Positions 20,088 through 31,312 are shown, numbered from the stretch's first letter. The stretch: 47,232 nt of DNA from an uncultured Acidobacteriota bacterium (GCA_963809485.1 CAWEJX010000013.1:1-47232), one strand, 5' to 3'. The notes: a model not told the origin generated them from the sequence alone. Made by a program: numbers and translations.

Positions 20088-22082
20088 TCAAATATAGGCC
20101 GCGGCCTTGAACGCGGACATGACGGCCGTGGCAATATTGCCAACCTCCTCTGCGTCGCCGACGATATGAACCTCCGTCTCAGGGGCGCTATGGCGCAAGG
20201 ATTCGGCGACATCCAGTCTTGCAGACATACCGACAGCCAGAAGCACGGTATCGGCCGGAAATTCCACTCTTTCGGAAGACCCGGTGTTTAAGCACACCAC
20301 GGCGCTATCCGTTACCTCCTCCAGCCTGCAATTGAGGTGTATGGGAAGGCCGAGTTCCTCGATCAACGCCATCATTTCCATGCTTGTCCCGCCTGCGGAC
20401 GCCCTCAGGTTCGACAGGTCAGGCGCCATTTCGACAACGATGACGTCCTTGCCCGCGCGCTTGAGCCCTATGGCGCATTCGATGCCGACAGCTCCGGCGC
20501 CTACAATAACAGTCTTGTTGCCGACCGCCACCTTTTCCGTGTCGGCCTCAGGCGCCCAGTGTACGTGGGGCTTCTCAATGCCCGGAAGCCGCGGAACTAT
20601 GGGTTTGGAGCCGACGGCGATGATCAGTGCGTCGTAACGCCCGGCATCGAGCATCTCCCGGGTCGCCTCAGTATTGAGAAGAATGCGTGCGGGAGCCTTT
20701 TTAGCCTGGCACAGCAGATAGTTGAGATAGTCCCTCACATCCTGCTTGAACGGCAAGGCCGATCCGGGGACCACATGTCCGCCCAGGTGATCGCTCATTT
20801 CGTAGAGCGTGACGTCATGCCCGCGCTCGCAAAGGGTCAGCAGTGCCTGGATGCCGGCGGGCCCGCCGCCGATGACGGCAACCCGTTTTTTTACATCAGC
20901 CTTCCTGACCCTGGCTTCCGGGAACTCCGTTTCGTTGCCGATAAAAGGATTCACAGCGCAATTGATGACCGCCGGGATCGTCAGCCGGAATCCGCAGTAC
21001 TGGCACCGGAGGCACGGGCGGTGATCTTCTTCCCTGCCCAGCGCATACTTGCGGGGCATCTCGGGATCCGCGAGGATTGCGCGGCACATTGCGACAAAAT
21101 CAGCCTGACCGGAAGCCAGGATTTCCTCGGCTTGCCTGATATTCATGATCGAGCCGACCGTGCACACCAGAAGGTTCGGAAACGCTTTTTTAATGTCCGC
21201 GGCGTAATGCACGTTATACATCCTGTCCATTAGATAGTTCTGCCACCAGTTGCGCATGTATTGGAATTCGCCGTGGAGGCCCGCGGAGACGTGGAGGATG
21301 TCGACCTTGTGCTGAATCAGCTCGATGAATTTGAGGGTTTCTTCAAAATGCATGCCGTCCGGATGGATCTCATCCGCGGAAATGCGGTATTCAATAACAA
21401 AATTCTCCCCGCACAACTCCCGCACTCTGCCGAGCACTTCCACGGCAAACCGTGCCCTGTTCTGAAGAGGGCCGCCGTAATCATCCCTGCGCTTGTTGTA
21501 CAGGGAACTCGCAAACTGAGAGATCAGGTTCCCGTGGCCGCCATGGATCATGCACATCTTGAAGCCCGCCCGCTTGCAGCGATACGCCGCGACAGCATAC
21601 TTTTCCACGGTCTCGCGTATCTTCGCATGATCCATTTCAATGGTCGGGATGGGTTCTCTGCCGTGCATCCGCGCCCGCCATATCTCGCTTGAAGCAATAA
21701 AGGAGGATGCGCTGTAGGCGGGCTTCCCGGTTTTGTCGAAGTCTGAATCCTTCCCGTTGTGGTTGATCTCGAGAGAGGCGTTCGCCCCATAGCCTTGACA
21801 CATCTCAACGAATCGGGTGAGCGGAAGAATGCAGTCGTCGCTGCCGAGGTCGAGCTGACGCTCCTCGTCGCATGCCTCTCTGATGTCGACCACAGAATTG
21901 CCGACGTGGATGATGGCGACCCCGCCTTGCGCTATCGGTCTGAAAAAGTCGACAAATTCCGGCGTCACCCTTCCATCGCGGCTTGCCAGGTTGGGGGACG
22001 GCGGCGCCATTTCCAGACGGTTCTTGAAGTCAACTCCCCTGATCCTGATCGGCTCGAACACATGTTCATATCTTGATCCCAT
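20088..22082 (-). CDS. NADH:flavin oxidoreductase (Old Yellow Enzyme family, FadH/BaiCD-like with Fe-S and FAD domains)
   Basis: HGGHGNLISQF, NKRRDDYGG, CLRCQYC...CAVNP, GGGPAG, GAGAVG. Confidence 0.9.
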   Translation of the reverse strand: MGSRYEHVFEPIRIRGVDFKNRLEMAPPSPNLASRDGRVTPEFVDFFRPIAQGGVAIIHVGNSVVDIREACDEERQLDLGSDDCILPLTRFVEMCQGYGANASLEINHNGKDSDFDKTGKPAYSASSFIASSEIWRARMHGREPIPTIEMDHAKIRETVEKYAVAAYRCKRAGFKMCMIHGGHGNLISQFASSLYNKRRDDYGGPLQNRARFAVEVLGRVRELCGENFVIEYRISADEIHPDGMHFEETLKFIELIQHKVDILHVSAGLHGEFQYMRNWWQNYLMDRMYNVHYAADIKKAFPNLLVCTVGSIMNIRQAEEILASGQADFVAMCRAILADPEMPRKYALGREEDHRPCLRCQYCGFRLTIPAVINCAVNPFIGNETEFPEARVRKADVKKRVAVIGGGPAGIQALLTLCERGHDVTLYEMSDHLGGHVVPGSALPFKQDVRDYLNYLLCQAKKAPARILLNTEATREMLDAGRYDALIIAVGSKPIVPRLPGIEKPHVHWAPEADTEKVAVGNKTVIVGAGAVGIECAIGLKRAGKDVIVVEMAPDLSNLRASAGGTSMEMMALIEELGLPIHLNCRLEEVTDSAVVCLNTGSSERVEFPADTVLLAVGMSARLDVAESLRHSAPETEVHIVGDAEEVGNIATAVMSAFKAAAYI

Positions 22083-22276
22083 TTTTTGTTTCCTTTCATA
22101 GACTGTGCGACGGAATTATGCCCCCTCACAGGAGAATGGACAATCGCGCACCTCATCCGCGCTTGCGCGCTGATTTTTACCTCAATAGCCGGCCTCCCTC
22201 GGCATCCATTTCGGTGTGCGTCGGCCCATTTTCAGACTCTGTGTTTTTCCCCGGCTAAAGTGACGGGATTACGCGT

Positions 22277-23386
22277 TCATTTAAGGAAATAGTGCCCCCA
22301 GTCGGGAAAAGGAGGCGCGGGCTTCCCCGGTTCAATCCCCGGGAACGGCTTAGGCTTCAGGTATTCCGGCGGCCTGACAATTTTATAAGTCAATGCGTTC
22401 GGTTTGCAGGTGATGATGCAAAGACCGCAACCTTTGCACTTCTCCGGATCGATAAACGACTTTTGTTTTTGGGGATCCGCTGTCGGCTTCATTTCGATGG
22501 CCTCGAACGGGCACCGGTCGACGCATTTCATGCAGCCGGTGCACTTCTCTTCGTCCACGACCGCTAGAAAGCGGTTTGGCGTCATCAGGTCCCAGCGTTT
22601 TGCGCGAGTCACGGGAAAAAGGTTTTCACAGCAGCAGTCACAGCAATAGCAGTCACCCCAATGCACCAGGCCGGCTTCCTCAGCTTCCTTCACAACTGCC
22701 AGGGATTCTTCCAGCGATACTTCCTTCAGCAACCGTCCCGGCTGTCTGAGATAGTACTCGCCCCTTGGCCGGTCAAAACAGGCGAAACACGTCATCAACG
22801 GAAGGTCGCATTCATGGCCCCAGGAGATTCGGCAGCCGCACGGCGCCAGGATTTGGCTCTTGGCGTTTTCGATCCTCAGTTTCCAGTTCTCCTCGGGCAG
22901 GATATCCTCCGGTTTGATTTCAGGGCTGCGTTCCAGCGCTCCAATGGCGGGCCAGATAGGCAGGTTGCGGCCGATCCTCTTGATCATCTGTTCGGTGTGT
23001 TCCAGGAAGTGATAGGACCACTCGTTATAGAAGAAGTCCGCCCACAGCTCTTTAGCCCTTTTGGAAAGAGCATATGGACCAGTGTGGGGCGCTGTATCGG
23101 CGACACATTCATGATGGAATGCCAGCAGGTTTGTGTGAAAGGCGTACTGAGTCAATCCTCTTGTAAGCATTCCCTTGTCCACCAGGACATCCAGGGTTTG
23201 GGATATTTCCTTCTCCGCGAGGTCCAATCGGCCGGCCAGTTCCTGGCAGGTTGCGGGCTCAAATAATTCCAGACAAATCCTGGCTTCCTGGGGCGTAAGC
23301 ATCTCTTCGAGTATCCTGAGGAAACGTTCGGATTCCCAAACACCCAATTTGTCCGACAGCTGCTTGTAGATACCATTTTCCGCCAT
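22277..23386 (-). CDS. 4Fe-4S dicluster protein with N-terminal wHTH-like region
   Basis: PCGCR, CYCCDCCC, CTGCMKCVDRCP, CKGCGLCIITCKP. ATG 23386 follows AGGAG. Confidence 0.8.
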   Translation of the reverse strand: MAENGIYKQLSDKLGVWESERFLRILEEMLTPQEARICLELFEPATCQELAGRLDLAEKEISQTLDVLVDKGMLTRGLTQYAFHTNLLAFHHECVADTAPHTGPYALSKRAKELWADFFYNEWSYHFLEHTEQMIKRIGRNLPIWPAIGALERSPEIKPEDILPEENWKLRIENAKSQILAPCGCRISWGHECDLPLMTCFACFDRPRGEYYLRQPGRLLKEVSLEESLAVVKEAEEAGLVHWGDCYCCDCCCENLFPVTRAKRWDLMTPNRFLAVVDEEKCTGCMKCVDRCPFEAIEMKPTADPQKQKSFIDPEKCKGCGLCIITCKPNALTYKIVRPPEYLKPKPFPGIEPGKPAPPFPDWGHYFLK

Positions 23387-23412
23387 CTTTTCTCTCCTTG
23401 AACGTCCTGCAG

Positions 23413-24066
23413 TTATCCTAACGCCTCCTCGATCCATGAAATCCAGCCATCCAGACCATCGCCTGTCTTAGCGGAAACCGCGAAGACCCTGGCGGAGGGA
23501 TTAAGGCCGTTGATAATTTCCGGGAAGGCATCCAAATTGAAGTCAAAGTATGGTAGAACGTCTGCCTTATTCACCAAAACCACATCCGCCTCAACAAATA
23601 TCAACGGGTATTTGCGCGGTTTGTCATCACCTTCAGGGATGCTGAGAATAACGGCGTTTTTGTGCGCGCCGAGGTCAAAATCAGCAGTGCAGACGAGATT
23701 GCCGACATTTTCGATCAGGATGAGATCGGTATGGTCCAGATCCAAAGCCTCTAAAGCCTGCCGAATCATTTGAGCGTCAAGGTGGCACCCGCCGCCAGTG
23801 TTAATAGGGATCGCCGGAACACTCTGCCGGGTGATTAGATCCACATCAATGGAAGGGGCAACGCCGCCCTGAATCACGGCAATCCGGTATTTGATCCCCA
23901 ACCGGCCGATGGTCCGCAGGATCAGGCTGGTCTTGCCGGAGCCGGAAGCGGACATGATATTAATCATCAGGACGTGGTGAGAATCCAGCAATTTGCGGTT
24001 CGAATCCGCCTTTTTTTCATTCGCGCCGAGAATATTCTCTTTTATGGTCAATGTTCTGGCGCTCAT
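23413..24066 (-). CDS. hypB: Hydrogenase nickel incorporation GTPase HypB
   Basis: GSGKTS, GGCHLDA, IENVGNLVC, PEGDDKPRKYP, NKAD. Confidence 0.9.
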   Translation of the reverse strand: MSARTLTIKENILGANEKKADSNRKLLDSHHVLMINIMSASGSGKTSLILRTIGRLGIKYRIAVIQGGVAPSIDVDLITRQSVPAIPINTGGGCHLDAQMIRQALEALDLDHTDLILIENVGNLVCTADFDLGAHKNAVILSIPEGDDKPRKYPLIFVEADVVLVNKADVLPYFDFNLDAFPEIINGLNPSARVFAVSAKTGDGLDGWISWIEEALG

Positions 24067-24408
24067 TTATTCCACTTCCATATTCTCAATATAAAGCTCC
24101 CGTCCGCCGACAATCTCCACGCGTTGGCCTTCACATTCCGGACAGTGATAGTCGTGTTTTTGCAGAGCAAAAAGGATATCACAGTCCCGGCATCGTAATT
24201 GCCCCGGGACATGCGTATAACGAATCCTTGCGCCGGCAGCTTTGGTATCCTGGCTGAGAAAGCCGAAGTAAAAGTTTACAGCTTCCTCCATCACACCGGT
24301 GAAATCGCCGATAACCAGATGGATGCTGACAATTTTGCGGGCGTTGGCCTTTTCGGCGTTATCGAGCGCGAGAGTTAAAAGCGATTCGACAATGCTCTGT
24401 TCGTGCAT
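24067..24408 (-). CDS. hypA: Hydrogenase maturation nickel metallochaperone HypA
   Basis: N-terminal MHE, CRDC and CPEC zinc finger, GRELYI. Confidence 0.92.
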   Translation of the reverse strand: MHEQSIVESLLTLALDNAEKANARKIVSIHLVIGDFTGVMEEAVNFYFGFLSQDTKAAGARIRYTHVPGQLRCRDCDILFALQKHDYHCPECEGQRVEIVGGRELYIENMEVE

Positions 24409-24599
24409 GCTTAAAAGGGTGATGCTGCCAAAGGTCAGTGTTTACTTGGTTCCGGGGACAAGCCCACAAGGTCAAGCAGTCGTTCCCATTTTCCCCACAT
24501 GTTAGGTCATAGACTGGCTTTTTGTCCGCTGTCAATAAAAAACAGCGGCAAAACCTCAGCTGTGAAATCCCGGGCGCCGTTTTGGAGATACAGACCTGC

Positions 24600-27064
24600 T
24601 TATGCCGTCACGAGATTGATCAGCCGCCCTTTCACGTAAAACGCCTTTAGTATCTTTCTGCCGTTGATCTGGCGCAGCACCTTTTCATCGGATAAGGCGA
24701 TTTCTTCGGCTGTCTTATCGTCAACATCGGACGGGGCCTCGATCCTCGCCCGAACCTTGCCGTTGACCTGTACCACCAGCACAATATTTTCCTCGGCAGC
24801 CATGGCTTCATCCAACTCCGGCCAGGACTGCTGATGCACGCTGTAGGCGCCGCCCAGCCTTGCCCATAGTTCTTCCGCGCTGTGAGGGACAAACGGCGCC
24901 ATAAGCAGTACGTAGGTTCGCGCAACATCTTTGAGTTCGTGTGTCGTGCCGGCCTTGTGACGATAGACCGACATGGCATTCAGAAACTCCATTAAAGCGG
25001 CAATTGCGGTATTGAATTTGAATGCCTCCAGATCCTCGGTGACCTGGCGCACCGTGCGATGCAGCTTCCTGGTCAGAGTCCCCGGGTCCGTTCCGGACTC
25101 GCATTCCGAATCGATGATTTCATTAACAAAACGCCAGACACGATCGAGGAAGTGTTTGGCGCCTGCTATCCCCTCTTCTTCCCAGACCGTGTTGCTTTCA
25201 AAAGGCGCCATGAACAGCAAAGACAATCTCAGTGCGTCGGCCCCATGCAAGCGGGCCATCCCGTCTGGGGTGACAACATTCGCCTTTGACTTGGACATGC
25301 GGGATATTTCGCCCGTCTCGGGATTGCGGGCATGCATGATGCCCTGGCTTCGCAAAACGGGGAACGGCTCTCGAAAGGGCACAATGCCCGCGTCCGCCAT
25401 CACCTTGGTCCAGAAACGCGCGTACAGGAGATGCATCAGCGCCTGCTCGGCGCCGCCGACGTACAGATCCGGCGAACCCCATACCGACAATGCCTTCGGA
25501 TCGAAAGGACCCTCTGCGTACTGCGGGCTGACAAAGCGCAAAAAGTACCAACTCGAACAGGCAAAGCCGTCCATGGTGTCCGTCTCACGCTTCGCCGGTC
25601 CTCCGCACCTGGGGCACGCGGCATTCACGAATTCCGGCACGTTGGCCAGCGGAGAGCGTCCGTCTTCACGCGGCATCCATTCCTTGATGTCCGGCAACAG
25701 AACGGGAAGCCTTTTCAGCGGCACCGGCACGATGCCGCAGGGACCGCAATACACGATAGGGATCGGCGCTCCCCAGTAGCGCTGGCGCGAGATCAGCCAG
25801 TCGCGCATGCGGTAACGGGTAACACGCCTGCCGATGCCCTGCTTTTCCATCCATGCCGCGATGGACATCCTGGCTTCTTCGGACTGCCATCCGTCCCACG
25901 GACCGGAGCGGACCATAGTGCCGGGTTCCGTGTACGCCGAGTTCTGTGGCTCGCCATTCCAGCCGGACGGGGCTATTACGACACGAACAGGAATATTGTG
26001 ACCTCGAGCAAAAGCAAGATCCCGGCTGTCATGGCCCGGCACGCCCATCACGGCTCCGCTTCCATAGCCCATCAGAACATAGTCCGCGGTATAGACAGGC
26101 ACGCGTTCGCCATTAACTGGACTCAGCGCATAGGCGCCCGTAAAAACTCCCCCGTGTCCGGATTGCGACCGGTCCACATCGCTTCGCCTGGACGTTTCTT
26201 CGCAATAGGCTTCCACTGCAGACTTGAATTCCGGCTTTGTAATATGCTTTAACAACGGGTGCTCCGGCGCCAGTACCGCAAAGGTCATGCCGAATATGGT
26301 ATCGATGCGGGTTGTGAAAACCGTCAAAGCATCCCCCGTGCCTTCTATTTCCATGCTGAAATTCACGCCTTCGCTGCGTCCTATCCAGTTCCGCTGCATG
26401 GCAAGCACATGTTCCGGCCAGTCCAGCTTTTCCAGGTCGGCCAGCAGTTCGTCGGCGTATGCGGTGCTGCGGAAGTACCACTGCTCCAATCCACGCTTGT
26501 GGACCTGGCCGTGACAGCGCCAGCAGCCTCCATGCTCGACCTGCTCATTGGCCAATACCGTTTTGCATGCCGGACACCACCACTGGAGACCGGATGCCCT
26601 GTATGCCAGTCCGCGTTCATACAACAGGAGAAAAAACCGCTGCGTCCAGCGGTAAAACTCCGGCAAACTGGAATTGATCTCTCTTCCCCAGTCATAGGAA
26701 CAGCCGAGGATCGTCATCTGGCGCCGATAGTTTTCAGCATAGCGCAAGGTGGTGATTCGTGGATGAAGCCCTTTCTTGATAGCTTCATTTTCGGCCGGCA
26801 GGCCAAAGGCGTCCCAACCCATCGGGTGCAGGACCGCACAACCTTTCATCCGATAGTAGCGCGACAGGACGTCGGACGGCACGTAATTGCGGCCGTGACC
26901 GACACTCAGACCATCACCTGAGGGGTAAGGGAAGAAATCCAGGCAATAGTAGGTTTTTTTATTTGCGGGATCCGGCGTGTGATAAAGATTGGTTTCTTTC
27001 CAGCGTTGTTGCCACTGGGCTTCAATAGCATGCGGGTTATAGGTTGTTAACTGATGAGCCCCAT
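24600..27064 (-). CDS. leuS: Leucine--tRNA ligase (start disrupted by an apparent indel in a G run near 27060)
   Basis: Frame extends upstream of 26882: YNPHAIEAQWQQRW...FPYPSGDGLSVGHGRNY. Also GWDAFGLPAEN, DWLISRQRYWG, RMSKSK, VQVNGKVR. ATG 27064 follows GGGAGG but is out of frame. Confidence 0.92.
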
Positions 27065-27350
27065 TGATTTGTTCCTCCCGGGTATTTTACAGCTGCTATT
27101 GTCGACAATCCCGTTCAGTGAATTCGGGATTCACATGTTTTAAGGATAACCGAATCGGGCTTGATTGGCAAGGCCAGTGAAAGATAACCGGACGGAAGTC
27201 ACGGGTTGGCCCGCTTTGCCGGACTTAATTGCGGAATAAGGAAAGCTGCGCCCTGCTTTTTGTGCTCTATGCCGTAGCCTATGAGGATTAGACAATAGGA
27301 AGACAGGAAACTTTGAAAAACCGCCGGGATCGAATGTGCCGGTTGCTCCA

Positions 27351-28523
27351 CTAATGATGGAAAAGTCTTACGCCCGAAAAAACCATCGTCATGCCATGGT
27401 GATCACAGGCGGCAATTACCTCGGCGTCGCGGGCAGAGCCGCCCGGCTCGAGCACGTAACGCACACCGCTCATTGCCGCCCGGTCAATAGAGTCGCGGAA
27501 GGGGAAAAAAGCGTCCGAGCCCAGAGTGACGCCCCGGAGGGTGTCGAGCCAGAGGCGCCGCTCCTCCGCGGTCAGTTGTGAAGGGATTTCGGCAAAAATT
27601 TCGCTCCAGGCTGCTTTCTCGGTTGGAGTGACATCAGGCTGGAGGAATTGATCCACTGCATTGTCGCGGTCGGGACGCTTAATGCCAGGTTTGAAGGGCA
27701 GGTCTAGCACGCGGGGATGCTGGCGCAGGTACCACAGGTCCGCTTTCGTGCCGGCCAGGCGAACGCAGTGAACGCGCGATTGCTGTCCCGCGCCTACGCC
27801 GATGGTCTGGCCGTCGAAGGCATAGCAGACCGAATTGGATTGCGTGTACTTAAGCGTGGTCCAGGCGACCAGCATATCGCGTACGGCGTTTCCCGGCAGA
27901 TCCCTGTTCCTCGTGACGATGTTCCTGAAATCATCCACCGTCACCGGACGGTCGTTGCGGCGCTGTTCGAAGGTGATGCCATACACTTCGCGCGATTCCA
28001 GGGGACCCGGTTCGTAGCCCGGGTCCATTTGCACGACGACATACTTTCCCTGTTTCTTTTTCGCCAGGTGCTCGAGGGCTCCGGGCTGGTATCCGGGCGC
28101 AACAACGCCGTCCGACACTTCGCGGGCGATCAGCCTGGCCGTCGGAAGGTCGACCGTATCCGAGAGGGCAATCCAGTCTCCAAAGGAGGACATCCGGTCC
28201 ACACCGCGGGCCCGGGCGTAGGCAACAGCAAGGGGTGAAAGCTCAAGGTCGTCTACGAAATAAATCCTTTTCTGTATCTCCGACAGCGGCACCCCAACGG
28301 CCGCACCCGACGGGCTGACATGTTTGAAGGAAGCGGCGGCCGGAAGGCCGGTGGCCTGCCCAAGCTCCTTGACCAGCTGCCAGGAATTGAGCGCGTCCAG
28401 CAAATTGATATAGCCAGGTGTGCCAGCCAGAACCGTGATGGGCAGCTCGCCTGTTTTCCTATAAACACGGGCAGGATTCTGGTGTGGATTGGCACCGTAG
28501 CGAAGGAGCATTTCCTTATTCAT
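27351..28523 (-). CDS. purH: AICAR formyltransferase (short PurH type lacking the N-terminal IMP cyclohydrolase domain)
   Basis: LRYGANPHQ, GYINLLDA, SFKHVSP, KYTQSNSV, GAGQQSR, SDAFFPF, RLFHH. Confidence 0.85.
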   Translation of the reverse strand: MNKEMLLRYGANPHQNPARVYRKTGELPITVLAGTPGYINLLDALNSWQLVKELGQATGLPAAASFKHVSPSGAAVGVPLSEIQKRIYFVDDLELSPLAVAYARARGVDRMSSFGDWIALSDTVDLPTARLIAREVSDGVVAPGYQPGALEHLAKKKQGKYVVVQMDPGYEPGPLESREVYGITFEQRRNDRPVTVDDFRNIVTRNRDLPGNAVRDMLVAWTTLKYTQSNSVCYAFDGQTIGVGAGQQSRVHCVRLAGTKADLWYLRQHPRVLDLPFKPGIKRPDRDNAVDQFLQPDVTPTEKAAWSEIFAEIPSQLTAEERRLWLDTLRGVTLGSDAFFPFRDSIDRAAMSGVRYVLEPGGSARDAEVIAACDHHGMTMVFSGVRLFHH

Positions 28524-28660
28524 AGCCGATTCCTTTCATCCCAAAAAACGATGCGATCCCTATCAATCAGCCAGAAAGGCGGATGGCTTGTCCGGACACT
28601 GCTTTCTGGCCCGATCCGCCTTGCCTGCCCCTGTAAGCAGCATGCCAAATCAGTCAGGTT

Positions 28661-29287
28661 TCAGGTCAGGCTATTCTTCCTGGCCCCATGCTCTTCCACC
28701 AGCAGCTGCAAAGCTTCGTAAGGCTGTGCGCCAACGAGTCTGTCTTCATGGATGATGAAGGTGGGAACGGCCGTGACTGATTTCTCTCTCGCGAGGTTCC
28801 AGTCCCCATCGACGGCGTCCCTGAATGCTCTTGTTGCGAGGATTTCAGCTGCCTCATCACCCGGAAGTCCAACCGAAGTGGCTAACTCCACCAGGACCGG
28901 GATTTTCGCTATGTTCCTGCCCTCCACAAAGTAGGCCTTAAACAGGGCGGTATGGATTTCATCGCCCCTGCCTTTTGAATCACCCCAAAGCCCCAGTTCC
29001 TGGGCAAGGCGGCTGTTATAGATTTTGTCGCTTCCCCGGAAAGGCACACCGAATTTTTCCGCAGCGGTGCTGAGCCGAAGCCGCATTTCCCGGATATCTA
29101 CGGAACGGCCTGAAAAAAGCTCCTCGATGGATATTCCCTCTTGAGGCGTTTCAGGATGCAGCGGAAATGCCCGCCATAGGACCGCAATTTCATATTCCTT
29201 TTTGATTTTTTCAATACGCCCGGTAATGAAATAGCACCAGGGTCAGACATAATCGGAAAAAACTTCAAGGGTTAACGGCTGCGGCAT
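28661..29287 (-). CDS. DsbA/FrnE-family oxidoreductase, predicted selenoprotein (UPWC)
   Basis: ATG 29287 (GAGGGAGG RBS) gives MPQPLTLEVFSDYV-TGA(29243-29245)-PWCYF...FPLHP, in frame with ORF 28661-29086 (VTAVPTF, GAQP). Confidence 0.85.
29209..29231 (-). promoter_or_regulatory. Candidate bacterial SECIS hairpin
   Basis: UUUCAUUAC-CGGGC-GUAUUGAAA. Loop starts 20 nt after the UGA. Confidence 0.55.
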
Positions 29288-29745
29288 ATCATTCCTCCCT
29301 CTCAAATACCTGGCCCCTACCAGAAACTTGCTGCCGGCCCAATGCCTGCATCCTGCCAGGCATCCACCAAAGGCGTTGGATCGGGCAGGCGTACCTGCAG
29401 CTTTCTCACCGGTATGCTGCCAAACTCCGGCCCCACAAGTCCAGCAGAACCCGCCGGAGCGGCAAGGATCAAAATCCGGCAGTTACTGTTGGCTTCGGGG
29501 ATGACGATCCGGCTTTTCAGCGAATACGTAAACCAGTTGACCGCAATTCGGCAATTCATTATTTGATTTTTCCTTCACTGCTCATAGAATCTGTAATATA
29601 GAGCCAAACGAATGGACACTCGAGCCCGCATTTGAGGATCCGGGCATCCAGTTCGAGAACAGATCCTTATGGGGCGGCAAAGCCGAACGCCCGGGCGGAA
29701 TCTCGCAGGCATCGGTTGTTTCGCATTTTTGACATGGAGCGCACT

Positions 29746-30960
29746 ATGTCCCCAAACAACACTCGGAGAGAATTTGTAAAATCGGCGCTTGCGGGAGTGA
29801 CTGCAGGCGTCATGGGAAACGCATTTTCCAGCCCACCAGCCCCGGCAATGGCCCAGGAAAGAATTGAGAGGCAGGCTCAGCGACCCGGAGTGATGCCGAG
29901 GGAGCTTGCCGGGAAAGTACAAACCGTGCTGGGCGTGATGGACGGTAAAAACCTGGGAATAGCCAGCTGTCACGAACACATTCTCTGGGATCTGTCTGCC
30001 ATTTTCAGGGAACCGGATGCTGCACGAGAGAGAGGACTGGCGCATCAGCCCGTTGGAATGGCCAACCTCCATTGGGTTCGTGCCAATCCGCACTCCAACG
30101 TGGACAACCTGGTTCAGACCGATGAAAAGCTGGCCATAGATGAGCTTATGCCCTTTAAATATGCAGGGGGCAGCACGATCGTTGAACTCACCCAAAATGG
30201 CATGTCGCGCGATCCCGTGGGCCTGACGCGGGTTGCAAGAGCCACCGGACTTAACATAGTAATGGGCAGCGGCTACTACATTGACAGGTCGCATCCCCGG
30301 GATATGGACTCCAAAACCGAAGAAGATATCGCCCGGGAAATTGTGAATGATATCGCCGTCGGAGCGGGAGACACGGGCATCCGTTCCGGCATCATAGGAG
30401 AGATCGGCTGTTCTGCACCTTTGACGAACAATGAACGGAAAGTATTGCGGGCCTGTGCCATGGCGCAACGACGGACCGGCGCTCCCGTGAACATTCACCC
30501 CAGCATGAGCGATGAGCTGGTGCTGGAAGACATAAAAATATTAAAAGACGCCGGAGCGGATCTCACACGGATTGCCATCAGCCATGTTGATGGATTCGAA
30601 TACAGTCGGGCCACTCGACGCAAGATATTGGAGGCAGGCTGCTATGTTTCCTATGACGGTTTTGGGCAATTAGTGTATCACTTCCGCGTAATGGATCGTG
30701 TTTTGAATGGACACAGCGATATCCAGAGAATTGATGAAATTATTCAGATGATCGAAGAGGGGCATATCAACAAGATTCTGATAGCCCAGGACTATTGTTT
30801 CAAAGCCTGCCTGGCTGCCTATGGGGGCTATGGATATGCTCACATATTGAACAATCTCGTACCTTTCATGCGAATCAAGGGGATGACGGAAGAGAAGATA
30901 CACACGCTCCTGGTTGAAAACGCCCGGAAGTTCCTTGAGTTCGCGCCGGCCCAAGCCTAA
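29746..30960 (+). CDS. Phosphotriesterase-family amidohydrolase with twin-arginine-like leader
   Basis: VQTVLG, HEH, GIIGEIG, IHP, SHVD, AQDYC, YGGYGY. N-terminus TRREFVKSALAG...AMA. Confidence 0.85.
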   Translation: MSPNNTRREFVKSALAGVTAGVMGNAFSSPPAPAMAQERIERQAQRPGVMPRELAGKVQTVLGVMDGKNLGIASCHEHILWDLSAIFREPDAARERGLAHQPVGMANLHWVRANPHSNVDNLVQTDEKLAIDELMPFKYAGGSTIVELTQNGMSRDPVGLTRVARATGLNIVMGSGYYIDRSHPRDMDSKTEEDIAREIVNDIAVGAGDTGIRSGIIGEIGCSAPLTNNERKVLRACAMAQRRTGAPVNIHPSMSDELVLEDIKILKDAGADLTRIAISHVDGFEYSRATRRKILEAGCYVSYDGFGQLVYHFRVMDRVLNGHSDIQRIDEIIQMIEEGHINKILIAQDYCFKACLAAYGGYGYAHILNNLVPFMRIKGMTEEKIHTLLVENARKFLEFAPAQA

Positions 30961-31312
30961 AAGATGTTTTCCCGTTTTTAAGGAATAGGGTCCCATCGAG
31001 AGGATCTTACAGCTGGAAACGGATGCATCTCCTGGACATCTTGCGCTCGATGTTGCAGCGGAGGCTCTACGGCTGCACGCCCCTCAAAGGCGCCTGGTCG
31101 CGACCGAAAAAAGATGCAAGAAATTTCATACGCAATCAATATCTTTGCACCTTCTTGAACCGCGGAATATCGAATAACGAATGATGAATTCCGGGGTCTT
31201 CGACATTCGATATTCAATATTCAAACAGATACCCCCTCACCGCCATTGCGGGTGGCCCCCCGCAATGGATTGGGCTTCCGATAGGAATGCCGTTCACTCC
31301 GTCTTGATGATC

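Noticed and set aside
27065-27350. T-box leader upstream of leuS
   Set aside because: No recognisable T-box consensus or terminator/antiterminator pair.
28524-28660. ZTP (pfl) riboswitch upstream of purH
   Set aside because: A hairpin is present (GCCAGAAAG/CTTTCTGGC), but I could not find the conserved ZTP aptamer segments. An Rfam scan would settle it.
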